Shown piece after piece: positions 1 through 9,287 of a DNA stretch of 15,112 bases. Below the pieces are notes generated by a model that saw only the letters and a list, made by a program, of their open reading frames with translations, was not told the origin of the DNA and made no database searches. Positions within the stretch are counted from its first letter, which is position 1. Each line of letters starts with the position of its first letter. This stretch comes from Thermodesulfobacteriota bacterium (lineage in GTDB: Bacteria > Desulfobacterota_D > UBA1144), in NCBI GenBank assembly GCA_029246845.1, contig JAQWMJ010000025.1, forward strand, positions 1 to 15,112, in the 5' to 3' direction. A program made the translations under genes and the position numbers.

Positions 1-477
1 ATGATGGATGGTCGTGTAGCTAAAATCAGAGAAGCTTTAGATAGAAAAGGTTTTCTTAATACAGCAATAATGTCATATGCGGCAAAGTTTGCCTCTTCAC
101 TTTATGGTCCTTTTAGAGAGGCTTTAAATTCAGAACCCAAAAGTGGTGATAAAAAATCTTATCAGATCAATCCTAGGAATTATAGGGAAGCCATTAAGGA
201 AGTACTGCTTGATGAAGCTGAAGGAGCTGATCTATTAATAGTTAAACCCGCATCCTTATATTTAGACGTAATCAAGACATCATCAGAGGCATCTGTACTA
301 CCTATTGTTGCATATCAAGTTAGCGGAGAGTATTCAATGATCAAAGCTGCTGGCCAAAAAGGTTACATTGATAATGACAGTGTAATGAAAGAGTCTCTAG
401 AATCAATGAAACGAGCTGGAGCTACTGCAATTATTACTTATTTCGCCCTTGAAATGGCGAAACTATTAAAACAATAA
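1..477 (+). CDS. hemB: Porphobilinogen synthase (delta-aminolevulinic acid dehydratase), C-terminal part; the gene starts upstream of the window
   Basis: Motifs [24 protein letters not shown] (Schiff-base Lys), SYQ.NP.N..EA, EGAD.LIVKP (catalytic Lys), [25 protein letters not shown]. Confidence 0.97.
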   Translation: MMDGRVAKIREALDRKGFLNTAIMSYAAKFASSLYGPFREALNSEPKSGDKKSYQINPRNYREAIKEVLLDEAEGADLLIVKPASLYLDVIKTSSEASVLPIVAYQVSGEYSMIKAAGQKGYIDNDSVMKESLESMKRAGATAIITYFALEMAKLLKQ

Positions 478-497
478 ATAACCGCTACAATTAAATA

Positions 498-1247
498 ATG
501 AGTAAAGTGTGTTTATATATACTCTTCAGTGTTTTACTAACTTCAACTTCTTCCGCAGATCCACAACTACATATTGACGACTGGTCCGAGCTAAATGTTT
601 ATTCAAAAGAATCCGAAAAAAATCCCTGGGAGGAGATAAGAATAGAAGGTTCAGCACTATTCCTAAAAAAAGAAAATGGAGAAAAGATTAAAATATATAA
701 ATTTAATGATGACAAATACGATGTGTATGTAAGTCGTATAATGACTAATATATATATTTTCAATAAAACCAAAAAGAAACTATTCGAGAGAAAGAATTAT
801 GGAAAAAATACAACTTTTGAAGAAATTCCTTGGAAATTTAATGAGCTAGAGGCAATAGCTGAGTATTGTTATTCTTACAATACCCATTGGACAAAAGACT
901 TTAAATTTGGATATATGCTAGCTAAATATCCCAACAAAGAAAGGCCGAAAAAATATCAATGTGATGAGACCTGGGTCTATTATATTGCTGGTCAAAGATG
1001 CTATTTAAGCTATAAAGAGCCCAGGGAGTATGATGGACAAATCTTATGGAAAGATAAAGATGGAAATTATGTAGACAATGCGGACTGGGGTCCTCATAAC
1101 GATAAGATGGTGATTAGCGATAAGCTTGAATACGTAGGTGATTTATTGACAGTTCAGGATTTTATGTACAAAGAAAGTATAAATCCCAAAAACAATTTAA
1201 TAGTGCAGAGTGGATGTAAATTATTTAGTAAATTATCTTTTCCTTGA
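498..1247 (+). CDS. Hypothetical exported protein (249 aa)
   Basis: Long ORF filling the gap between hemB and the EamA gene. The N-terminus MSKVCLYILFSVLLTSTSSA resembles a Sec signal peptide with an S-S-A cleavage site. No family recognised. Confidence 0.7.
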   Translation: MSKVCLYILFSVLLTSTSSADPQLHIDDWSELNVYSKESEKNPWEEIRIEGSALFLKKENGEKIKIYKFNDDKYDVYVSRIMTNIYIFNKTKKKLFERKNYGKNTTFEEIPWKFNELEAIAEYCYSYNTHWTKDFKFGYMLAKYPNKERPKKYQCDETWVYYIAGQRCYLSYKEPREYDGQILWKDKDGNYVDNADWGPHNDKMVISDKLEYVGDLLTVQDFMYKESINPKNNLIVQSGCKLFSKLSFP

Positions 1248-1248
1248 T

Positions 1249-1689
1249 TTAATTTTGAAAATAATCTTTGTAATTAAGAATAAATACTCCTGCTACTATT
1301 AAAATAGTCCCTATTATCTTTTCTATTGAAAAATCTTCTTTTAAAAATATATATGCATAGAAGCAAGTAAAAAGAGGATAGACTGCGGTTAGTGGTACAA
1401 TCTTTGAAGCTGTCGAGTCTGCCAAAGCATTAAAATATAGAAATATACCAAGAACAGCCAAGAGACCAGGTACAAGAATAATTAAAATATTTTTAAAATT
1501 TAATTCAGGTAAAAATACAACTTGATTCGTTGTTATAAAAAAAGGGATAAGCAATGCTGCAACCATAAAAAATCTAATACTTAATATAAAAGTGGGATTC
1601 ATAGTTTGAAGACTCATTTTTTCGAATATTGGTGCAAGTCCCCATAAAGCGGCAACTATTAAGGCTAAAAGGTTTGGATTAATATTCAT
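1249..1689 (-). CDS. EamA/DMT family transporter (single EamA domain)
   Basis: About 5 hydrophobic helices; A.LWG.APIF.K, LYF.AL...ASKIVPL.AVYPLF......FLKE......IG..LIVAG. Start moved from 1701 to ATG 1689, which has GAGGT 5 nt upstream. Confidence 0.9.
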   Translation of the reverse strand: MNINPNLLALIVAALWGLAPIFEKMSLQTMNPTFILSIRFFMVAALLIPFFITTNQVVFLPELNFKNILIILVPGLLAVLGIFLYFNALADSTASKIVPLTAVYPLFTCFYAYIFLKEDFSIEKIIGTILIVAGVFILNYKDYFQN

Positions 1690-2386
1690 TAATGACCTCA
1701 AATATCCTGCTAAAGTTATTACTTCTACATATATCTACATCCTTATCAAATTCGTTATCTCTATCAATTAAAATTGACTTCATTCCAATTTGAGAGCTTG
1801 GCAGATAATCAAGATTATAATTGTCGCCCACATGAATAGATTCACTAGTATTGGCATTAACTTTTTTTAAAGACATATAGAATAATTCTTCATCTGGCTT
1901 TGAAAATCCAGACTCAGATGAGATTGTGAAATAGTCAACATACTTATCAATTTCAAACTTCTCGCACACACCATATATCCTAGAATCAAAGTTGGAAGTT
2001 ATAACTATGTTAAAACCATCATCTTTTAACTTCTTAAGTGTTGGAACTGTATCTGAATAAACCTCCCAAGCCTCATGAGAAAAATAATCATATAAATCAT
2101 TAAAGTACTTATCAAAATTATCAAACATCCCTAACTCATTAAATATATCTCTAACTAATCCATACCACCATTCTTTTTCGGCAAGATATAAGGCCTTACC
2201 AGTGAGATCATTAAAATGAAGACCTTTTCTATGAACAAAAAACTTCTTAAATGCTGATGAAATATCTTTTGGAGTATAAGAAACATCATAATTCTTTAAA
2301 ACTTCACAATAACTACCACCTAGACCTTTTTCAATGTAAAAAAGAGTGTCTGCTGCATCAAATGAAATTGTGTTATATTTGCTCAT
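1679..2386 (-). CDS. HAD-superfamily hydrolase, subfamily IA (REG-2/HDHD3-like)
   Basis: Motif I FDAADTL, motif II TSNFDSR, motif III KPD, motif IV HVGDNYNLDY. Confidence 0.92.
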   Translation of the reverse strand: MSKYNTISFDAADTLFYIEKGLGGSYCEVLKNYDVSYTPKDISSAFKKFFVHRKGLHFNDLTGKALYLAEKEWWYGLVRDIFNELGMFDNFDKYFNDLYDYFSHEAWEVYSDTVPTLKKLKDDGFNIVITSNFDSRIYGVCEKFEIDKYVDYFTISSESGFSKPDEELFYMSLKKVNANTSESIHVGDNYNLDYLPSSQIGMKSILIDRDNEFDKDVDICRSNNFSRIFEVINEY

Positions 2387-2401
2387 AATAAGAGGGTTGA
2401 T

Positions 2402-2740
2402 ATGATTATACCAGTTGTTACAAGAGATTTAATTTATTTTTCAAAGCTTGAGTCTCTTATATCTCCAGAGCATAGAATGATTCAAATTAAAAATATAGAG
2501 GATATTGATAAATTAGATTTTGCTAATGAGCGTACTATATTTATAGCCGATTTAAATGATGAGTTAATTAATGAATTATTAAATAGAAAAGATAAAATAT
2601 CAGTGGTCGCATATTATCCTCACGTTATGAAGAATCTTAGAGAACTAGGTGAAAAATTAGGTTGTAAAATTATAATTACAAGAAAGAAATTACTAACTGA
2701 AATAAACTCAATTGTTAATATTATAGAAGGAGATGCATGA
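2402..2740 (+). CDS. Small hypothetical protein, probably a degenerate receiver (CheY-like) domain
   Basis: 112 aa with alternating beta/alpha pattern: VVTRDL (acidic pocket), IFIADL (phospho-Asp position), VVAYYPHV, LGCKIIITRK. GAGGG lies upstream of the ATG. Confidence 0.6.
   Translation: MIIPVVTRDLIYFSKLESLISPEHRMIQIKNIEDIDKLDFANERTIFIADLNDELINELLNRKDKISVVAYYPHVMKNLRELGEKLGCKIIITRKKLLTEINSIVNIIEGDA
2405..2413 (-). promoter_or_regulatory. Putative extended -10 promoter (TGgTATAAT) for the HAD-EamA operon, inside the start of the divergent gene
   Basis: Minus strand reads TGG-TATAAT 18 nt upstream of the HAD ATG. Confidence 0.5.
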
Positions 2741-2741
2741 A

Positions 2742-2912
2742 ATGAAAATAGAATCTCCTTGTAATGATAAATGTACTAATAAAAATGACTACTGTACGAG
2801 TTGTCATAGACATATTAATGAAATTACTAATTGGGCCTTAATGAATGATAAAGAAAAAAATGAAGTGTATAAAAAAATTGAAGAGAGGAAGAAATCAACT
2901 TCTAACAGATGA
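2742..2912 (+). CDS. DUF1289-like small Cys-rich protein (56 aa), absent from the ORF track
   Basis: Hand translation [56 protein letters not shown] matches the SPCxxxC...CxxCxR...EI..W..M pattern. AGGAG lies upstream; it starts 1 nt after the previous stop. Confidence 0.85.
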   Translation: MKIESPCNDKCTNKNDYCTSCHRHINEITNWALMNDKEKNEVYKKIEERKKSTSNR

Positions 2913-3398
2913 TTTTTCAAAACCAAAATCTTTTAAAAAACCTTTTACAATATTTACTAACTCTAAGTCATCAGAAGTTAAGTTAACAACCTCAGTTGAA
3001 CAAGCTATATAATCAACAATTGATACGAAATCTGCATCTAAACTGTTTTTCTCCAGCCACAAAGAAACAACAGTGATAGAGTCAAACCATTCAATAAGTG
3101 GATATTCTTTGATAGTAAAATTTTTTGCTCTACCGTCATAAGAGAGACCTTGAGAATACCTTTTGATTTTATCGAATGTTTTAATGGAAATATTAGGCTT
3201 TTTTGACTCTAGATAAACAAGTCTTACCATGTTATTGAATACATTTAGTGATGATGAGGATTGAAGAATTTTTTTTAAATCATCCTTGCTAATAGAATCC
3301 CCTAAGACTTCTAGTGCATTATTTGCAGAGCTAACCCAGTCGTGAAATAACTTATTTTTTACTCCCTTTTCTTTTATTAGATCTTTTATATCCATCAA
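2895..3398 (-). CDS. Hypothetical protein (167 aa), translationally coupled to metH
   Basis: ATGA overlap with the metH stop; no recognisable motif. Confidence 0.7.
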   Translation of the reverse strand: MMDIKDLIKEKGVKNKLFHDWVSSANNALEVLGDSISKDDLKKILQSSSSLNVFNNMVRLVYLESKKPNISIKTFDKIKRYSQGLSYDGRAKNFTIKEYPLIEWFDSITVVSLWLEKNSLDADFVSIVDYIACSTEVVNLTSDDLELVNIVKGFLKDFGFEKSSVRS

Positions 3399-6300
3399 TC
3401 TAGTAAATTGTTTTGCAGCAAACTCCTCATTCTATCTATAGTATAACCTTTTTTAGTTGCATAAAACTCAAACTGAGAATTATTAATTTTTCCTAAATTA
3501 AAATATCTAGAATTAGGGTTAAAGAAATATAGTCCACATATTGACGATGCAGGATTTAAAGCAAAATTTTCAGTTAAAGATATATCAATATGTTTTTCTA
3601 CTTCTAACATATTCCAAATTTTTATTTTCTCTGAATGGTCTGGAATAGATGGGTAACCATGTGCAGGTCTTATTCCAGAATAATTCTCTTTTATTAAAGA
3701 TTTTAAATTAAACTCCTCATTCTCACCATTCAGTATTCGAATCTCGCGATGAAGAAATTCTGCGCACCCCTCAGCTAATCTATCCCCTATTGCCTTAATC
3801 ATTATTGATGAGTAATCATCTCCTTTCTTTTCGTATTGCGTTGCATATTCATCTACCTCTTTTCCTGCAGTTACTGCAAAAGAACCAATTATGTCTTTAT
3901 CTTCTTTTTTATTAGAGATAAAATCAGCGAGGCAATAATAATTAGAACTCTTTGCACGCTTATCGACCTGTTGTCTTAGAAAACTTAACTTTTCAATATC
4001 TTCTCCTTTATCGTTCAACAATATTACATCTTCATCAACCGAGTAAGCATTCCATATCTTAGATACACCTCTTAAATCAAGAATATTACTTTTTATTAAA
4101 TCCTTAAGTATTTTTTCTGCATCACTAAATAAATCTTTTGCTTGATTCCCATACTTCTTATTTCTAAAAATGTTCGGATAGACTCCTTTCATTTCCCATG
4201 TCCAGAAAAAGGGAGACCAATCTATATATTTTACTATTTCATTAATATCAAAATTCCATTTATTTAATGAAAAATCTTCATACTTATTATCAAGTTCATC
4301 AAAATTTATCTTAAGCTTTTTATTCCGTGAATCTTCCAAAGATAAAAATGAAACTTTTTTATTTTTTGCATAACTTAACGCGAAATCCACTTGCTCTTTC
4401 TTAACTGCTGCTTTGTGTGAATTACTTGTTTTTGTATTAAGCAAATCTCTACAAACTCCAACAACAAGAGAAGCATCTGGTACATGTACTACTACGTCCT
4501 CTGGATATTTAGGAGCGATTTTTATAGCAGTATGAGCCTTGCTGGTTGTAGCACCACCAATTAGCACAGGGACATCTATCCCATTCTTTTTAAATTCCTC
4601 AACGTTGGTAATCATTTCATCTAAAGAAGGCGTAATGAGGCCACTTAGACCTATTATGTCTGGGTTTAGCTCTTTAGCTTTGTCTATAATATCTGCACAA
4701 GACACCATTACACCCATATCCTCTACTTCATAACCATTACATCTTGCTACAACAGCCACGATATTTTTTCCAATATCATGAACATCACCTTTAACAGTTG
4801 CTATTAAGATTTTACCGGCTGCAGAAACTGTACCCTTTTCTTTTTCCATGTATGGCTCTAAATAATTAACAGCTTTCTTCATAGATCTTGCACTTTTTAC
4901 AACCTGAGGTAGGAACATCTTGCCTTCCCCAAAAAGTTTACCAACGACTTTCATTCCATCCATCAATGGACCCTCAATAACTTCTAGGGGTGAAGCATAT
5001 TTAATCCTTGCTTCTTCTGCGTCCTCCTCTATGTTTGAAGTTATGCCTTTAATAACTTGATGAGCAATTCGCTTTTCTAAATCATAAGCCATCCATTCCA
5101 ACTCTTTTTCCTGACTTATACCGACAGTGTTAACTTTATTGGCATAATCAATTAAAACTTCAGTTGCTTCATCAGACTTATTAAATATTACATTTTCTAC
5201 TATAGATAGAAGTTCTTTGTCAATTTCTTCAAAAACCTCCAACATTCCCGCATTAAGAATGGCCATATCAAGACCTTTCTGCTTAGCATAAAATAAAAAA
5301 ACTGAATGCATCGCTTCTCTAACTTTGTTATTTCCTCTAAAAGCAAAAGATAGATTACTAACACCCCCGCTGGTCAAAGCACCGGGACATTCTTTTTTAA
5401 TTAAAGCTACTGCATCTAAGAAATTAATTGCATAGTTTTTATGCTCATCGATTCCTGTACCAATAGTTAAAATATTTGAATCAAAAATTATATCACGTGG
5501 GTTAAAACCCACTCTTTTGACTAAGATATCATAAGCTCTCTTGCATATTCTAACCTTATCATTAGTTTCTGTTGCTTGACCATCTTCATCAAAAGCCATC
5601 ACGACTACAGATGCACCATAACTTAGAACTTTTTCAGCTTGTTCTACAAATAAATCCTCGCCTTCTTTTAAACTTATAGAGTTCACAATCCCTCTGCCTT
5701 GAATGCATTTTAATCCTGCTTCGATAACAGACCATTTAGAGCTATCTATCATAATTGGGACTCTTGATATATCTGGCTCAGAGGCAATTAAGTTAAGAAA
5801 TTTAACCATACACTCTTCACTGTCAATAAGTCCTTCATCGAAATTTATATCTATAATATGAGCACCATTTTCAACCTGTTGCTTAGCAACTTCTAAAGCA
5901 CTCTCAAAATCATCATCTTTAATTAATCTGGAAAATCTTGGTGAGCCGGTAACATTTGTTCTTTCCCCTATAACCAAGAAATTATTAACATCATCCTTTC
6001 TTAAAAGTTCTAATCCACTATAAGATGAAAATTGACTAATTTCAGGAATCTTTCTAGGTTTATAACCACTCACCTTGCTAACAATTGCCTTGATATGATC
6101 GGGAGTAGTTCCGCAACATCCACCTATAAAATTTATCAAATTATTTTCTGCCAAACTTTCAACATCAGCCGCTGTCATCTCTGGGGTTTCATCATATCCA
6201 GTATCTGACAAAGGATTAGGTAAACCGGCATTGGGATAACAGAATACTTTTGTATTTGAGGACTCCGACAAAACCTTCATATATCCAAACAAAGAAGCAG

Positions 6301-7069
6301 CACCTAGACCACAATTCATGCCAACAGCATATGGATTTGAATGCCTAATAGACTCCCAAAAAGCCTCAATAGTTTGACCTGATAAAGTTCTTCCTGATTT
6401 ATCAGAAAAGGTGACAGATAAAAATACTGGAATTTCAACAAGGGTTTCTTTAAATAGAGTATTTACTGCAAAAACTGCAGCCTTTAAATTTAGTGTATCA
6501 AAAGTTGTTTCCGGTAAAAAAATATCTACACCAGATTCATACAAAACCTTTGCTTGCCTATAATAAGCTTCACAGAGTTCATCGAAAGAAGTATTCCTAG
6601 CACTAGGGTCCTCTACATCAGGCGAAATAGATGCTGTTCTGTTAGTTGGCCCTAAAGCGCCTGAGATTAAAATCCTTTTTCCTTTAACTAAATCAGAAGT
6701 TTCAGAGATAGCTTCTTTTACAGCCATAACACCAAACTCATTAATATCATCTACATGCCTCTCTAGACCATAATCTAATTGAGCGATAGAAGTACCATTA
6801 AAAGTATTGGTTTCAATTATATCAGCGCCAGATAAAATATATTTTTTATGAATATCTTTAATAAATTCAATGTTAGTGATATTTAAAATATCATTATTAC
6901 CTTTTAAATCAATGGAATGGTTTTTAAATTTATTGCCTCTATAGTCATTCTCTTCAAAGCGATACTTTTGTATCATTGTCCCCATAGCTCCGTCCATAAA
7001 AATGATTCTTTTTTTACATAAATCATCTAGAAAGCTAAAAACATCTGATTTAATTACTTTAGTGCTCAT
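3395..7069 (-). CDS. metH: Cobalamin-dependent methionine synthase, full-length four-module form
   Basis: DGAMGTMIQ; Zn ligands GMNC and GGCCGTTP; pterin domain [11 protein letters not shown]12 motif [23 protein letters not shown]; activation domain GIRPAHGYP. Confidence 0.99.
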   Translation of the reverse strand: MSTKVIKSDVFSFLDDLCKKRIIFMDGAMGTMIQKYRFEENDYRGNKFKNHSIDLKGNNDILNITNIEFIKDIHKKYILSGADIIETNTFNGTSIAQLDYGLERHVDDINEFGVMAVKEAISETSDLVKGKRILISGALGPTNRTASISPDVEDPSARNTSFDELCEAYYRQAKVLYESGVDIFLPETTFDTLNLKAAVFAVNTLFKETLVEIPVFLSVTFSDKSGRTLSGQTIEAFWESIRHSNPYAVGMNCGLGAASLFGYMKVLSESSNTKVFCYPNAGLPNPLSDTGYDETPEMTAADVESLAENNLINFIGGCCGTTPDHIKAIVSKVSGYKPRKIPEISQFSSYSGLELLRKDDVNNFLVIGERTNVTGSPRFSRLIKDDDFESALEVAKQQVENGAHIIDINFDEGLIDSEECMVKFLNLIASEPDISRVPIMIDSSKWSVIEAGLKCIQGRGIVNSISLKEGEDLFVEQAEKVLSYGASVVVMAFDEDGQATETNDKVRICKRAYDILVKRVGFNPRDIIFDSNILTIGTGIDEHKNYAINFLDAVALIKKECPGALTSGGVSNLSFAFRGNNKVREAMHSVFLFYAKQKGLDMAILNAGMLEVFEEIDKELLSIVENVIFNKSDEATEVLIDYANKVNTVGISQEKELEWMAYDLEKRIAHQVIKGITSNIEEDAEEARIKYASPLEVIEGPLMDGMKVVGKLFGEGKMFLPQVVKSARSMKKAVNYLEPYMEKEKGTVSAAGKILIATVKGDVHDIGKNIVAVVARCNGYEVEDMGVMVSCADIIDKAKELNPDIIGLSGLITPSLDEMITNVEEFKKNGIDVPVLIGGATTSKAHTAIKIAPKYPEDVVVHVPDASLVVGVCRDLLNTKTSNSHKAAVKKEQVDFALSYAKNKKVSFLSLEDSRNKKLKINFDELDNKYEDFSLNKWNFDINEIVKYIDWSPFFWTWEMKGVYPNIFRNKKYGNQAKDLFSDAEKILKDLIKSNILDLRGVSKIWNAYSVDEDVILLNDKGEDIEKLSFLRQQVDKRAKSSNYYCLADFISNKKEDKDIIGSFAVTAGKEVDEYATQYEKKGDDYSSIMIKAIGDRLAEGCAEFLHREIRILNGENEEFNLKSLIKENYSGIRPAHGYPSIPDHSEKIKIWNMLEVEKHIDISLTENFALNPASSICGLYFFNPNSRYFNLGKINNSQFEFYATKKGYTIDRMRSLLQNNLLD

Positions 7070-7865
7070 CTCTTAGTTGCCTCAATAGCTTAAATCTAAA
7101 TTCCATTTTTTCATCTTTAAACAAATCTTTTTTTTCTAAAAAGTCTATAAAAGAAAACTCATCTATCCTCAAAAAAGGGTTGTTTTTTTTCTCAAAACCT
7201 ATGTCAAATAATGGACTTAGTTGATTTGAATCATAACTAGAAAGCAATCCATCTAACACTGAACCAATTTCTGATGAATCTTTATAGAGGGATTGTAAAA
7301 AAGTTATATTATTTTGTAAATAATCATGGCCAGGGAGCAGTAGTAACTCATCTGGTAAATTTTTAATTTTATGAGTAATTGTACGAAAGAGCATTGATAC
7401 ATCACCCCGAAAATTTACATTTCCTACTCCCAAATTAAAGATTAAGTCTCCACAAAAAAAATATTTATCTAATATTAAGGAAATATGCTCATGACAATGG
7501 CCTGGAGTATGTAAAACTTTTAAATTCAAATTTCCAACTTTTATAACATCATTTTCAAAAACATTTTCAAATTCAAATTCGAAGAGTTCTTTGCAATCGA
7601 TATGAGCAAGAAGAGGACATTTGTATTTTGAAATGAAAAAATCATTATATTTAATGTGATCAGGATGAGCATGAGTATTAAATATATACTTTGGTTTTAG
7701 TGAATACTGCTTAATAATTTCTTCTATCACATCTTTATCTAATGGGTCAATAATCACGCATTCCTTAGTTGTATTGCAAGATAAGACATAGTTAACATTT
7801 CTATCACTATTCTTAACTAGGAATCTATATATTGTAAAACTGTCTTCAGCGATTGTTTCGTACAT
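7059..7865 (-). CDS. gloB: Metallo-beta-lactamase-fold hydrolase, glyoxalase II (hydroxyacylglutathione hydrolase)-like
   Basis: THAHPDH, HTPGH, CGDLIF, PGHDY..NN..F and C-terminal EK..NPFLR...F..LR..RD. Overlaps the metH start by 11 nt. Confidence 0.75.
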   Translation of the reverse strand: MYETIAEDSFTIYRFLVKNSDRNVNYVLSCNTTKECVIIDPLDKDVIEEIIKQYSLKPKYIFNTHAHPDHIKYNDFFISKYKCPLLAHIDCKELFEFEFENVFENDVIKVGNLNLKVLHTPGHCHEHISLILDKYFFCGDLIFNLGVGNVNFRGDVSMLFRTITHKIKNLPDELLLLPGHDYLQNNITFLQSLYKDSSEIGSVLDGLLSSYDSNQLSPLFDIGFEKKNNPFLRIDEFSFIDFLEKKDLFKDEKMEFRFKLLRQLRDEH

Positions 7866-7899
7866 TTTTTTAGTATACCTCTTTAATAATTACACTTTA

Positions 7900-7928
7900 T
7901 TGTTTTTTTTTTAAAATAATATTATAAT
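7900..7928 (+). promoter_or_regulatory. Sigma70-type promoter for the riboswitch and thrC-like operon
   Basis: TTGttt (7900-7905), 17-bp spacer, perfect TATAAT (7923-7928). The expected +1 near 7935 coincides with the first base of riboswitch P1. Confidence 0.7.
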
Positions 7929-7934
7929 TGTTCT

Positions 7935-7984
7935 GTCGTCATTTAACTCTAATTGCAGCGACTTAAAATAACTGCTAAACAGAG
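7935..7984 (+). ncRNA. SAM-II (SAM_alpha-like) riboswitch aptamer, H-type pseudoknot
   Basis: GUCG-UCAUUUAACUCUAAUUGCAG-CGAC-UUAAAA-UAACU-GCUAAAC-AGAG. P1 is GUCG/CGAC, followed by the AUUU loop, UUGCAG before the P1 3' arm, an A-rich linker and the conserved GCUAAA. P2a is CUCU/AGAG; P2b is AAUUG/UAACU with one mismatch. Matched by eye to the remembered consensus. Confidence 0.8.
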
Positions 7985-8042
7985 AAAGGGCATTATCTTT
8001 TGTCTTTCCTCTTGAGTTACATTTTAATTTTAGGAGTTTATT

Positions 8043-9287
8043 ATGTCTGACTCATATGTTGTAAATCTTCGTTGTGCAGATAAGAGCTGTGGGACTGAAT
8101 ACGAAAAAAAGGCTAATTATGTCTGTGAAGACTGCTTTGGACCTCTAGAGGTAAATTATGACTATCGAAAAATAAAAAAAGATCTAACTATCGAAAAGAT
8201 TTTAAGCAGAGAGAAAAATTTGTGGAGATACAAAGAGTTGCTACCTTTAGATACCGAACCAACAGTCGGTCTCAACTCAGGCTTTACTCCTCTAATTAAA
8301 GCAGATAATCTTGCAAAAAAACTAGGTGTAGATGAGTTATATATCAAGAATGATGGTGTATCATTCCCTACGCTATCATTTAAAGATAGAGTAGTTTCTG
8401 TTGCCCTTTCCAAAGCAATAGAACTAGGATACGATACCGTTGGTTGCGCCTCTACTGGTAATTTAGCAAATTCGGTTGCTGCTAACGCAACTGCAGCAAA
8501 TCTCAAAAGTTTCATATTTATTCCATCTGATTTAGAAGAATCTAAAATAATTGGTACATCAGTCTATGGCTCTGAAGTAATAGCTGTTAAAGGTGCGTAT
8601 GATGATGTTAATCGCCTTTGTACTGAAGTTTTAGGATCAAACAATTGGGGCTTTGTAAATATCAATTTACGAACTTACTATGCTGAAGGCTCTAAAACTG
8701 TTGGATATGAGATCATTGAGCAGTTAGGATGGAAAGCTCCAAAAAACATAGTAGTCTGTATGGCCAGTGGCTCACTTCTAACAAAAATATATAAATCTGT
8801 AAAAGAATTTGAAGATCTAGGTTTTATTGAACCAAACGAAACAAAAATATTTGGAGCACAAGCAAGTGGTTGCTCCCCTATTTCAACAGCCGTAAAAAAC
8901 AATTGGCCTATATTTAAACCTGTAAAGCCAAATACAATTGCAAAATCATTAGCAATAGGAAATCCCGCAGATGGTATAAATGCCATCAATCTATTAAAGT
9001 CAATTAATTCATATTCTGAAGATGTCTCCGACGACCAGATTGTTGATGCCATGAAATTATTAGCAGAGACTGAAGGAATATTCACAGAAACCGCTGGAGG
9101 AGTAACCCTAGCCTGTGCCAAGAAAATGATAGAATCTGGAAAAATACCAAGGAACGAGTCTCTAGTGTTGGTAATTACTGGAAATGGGCTTAAAACTCAG
9201 GACCCATTAGTGAATAATATATCAAAACCATATATAATAGAACCAAGAATGAAAGATTTTGAAAAAATTTTTAGTAAGGAGAATTAA
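8043..9287 (+). CDS. Threonine-synthase-like fold-type II PLP enzyme; probable sulfur-carrier-dependent homocysteine synthase (MetM-like)
   Basis: N-terminal Cys ribbon (CADKSC...CEDC), PLP Lys in PTLSFKDR, ASTGNLA, EGSKT, SLAIGNPADG, TGNGLKT. RBS AGGAG at 8032-8036. The function is inferred from the riboswitch, the adjacent carrier gene and metH. Confidence 0.9.
   Translation: MSDSYVVNLRCADKSCGTEYEKKANYVCEDCFGPLEVNYDYRKIKKDLTIEKILSREKNLWRYKELLPLDTEPTVGLNSGFTPLIKADNLAKKLGVDELYIKNDGVSFPTLSFKDRVVSVALSKAIELGYDTVGCASTGNLANSVAANATAANLKSFIFIPSDLEESKIIGTSVYGSEVIAVKGAYDDVNRLCTEVLGSNNWGFVNINLRTYYAEGSKTVGYEIIEQLGWKAPKNIVVCMASGSLLTKIYKSVKEFEDLGFIEPNETKIFGAQASGCSPISTAVKNNWPIFKPVKPNTIAKSLAIGNPADGINAINLLKSINSYSEDVSDDQIVDAMKLLAETEGIFTETAGGVTLACAKKMIESGKIPRNESLVLVITGNGLKTQDPLVNNISKPYIIEPRMKDFEKIFSKEN

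Noticed and set aside
4539..4733. 64-aa plus-strand ORF
   Set aside because: Antisense shadow inside metH
7866..7934. Cobalamin or SAM riboswitch on the metH strand
   Set aside because: No B12-box or aptamer features, and the leader appears very short or absent
7981..8030. Hairpin as an intrinsic terminator
   Set aside because: The stem is weak and not followed directly by a U-tract; it fits better as a translational switch element
8162..9121. Two minus-strand ORFs (117 and 147 aa)
   Set aside because: Antisense shadows of the ThrC-like gene with no motifs
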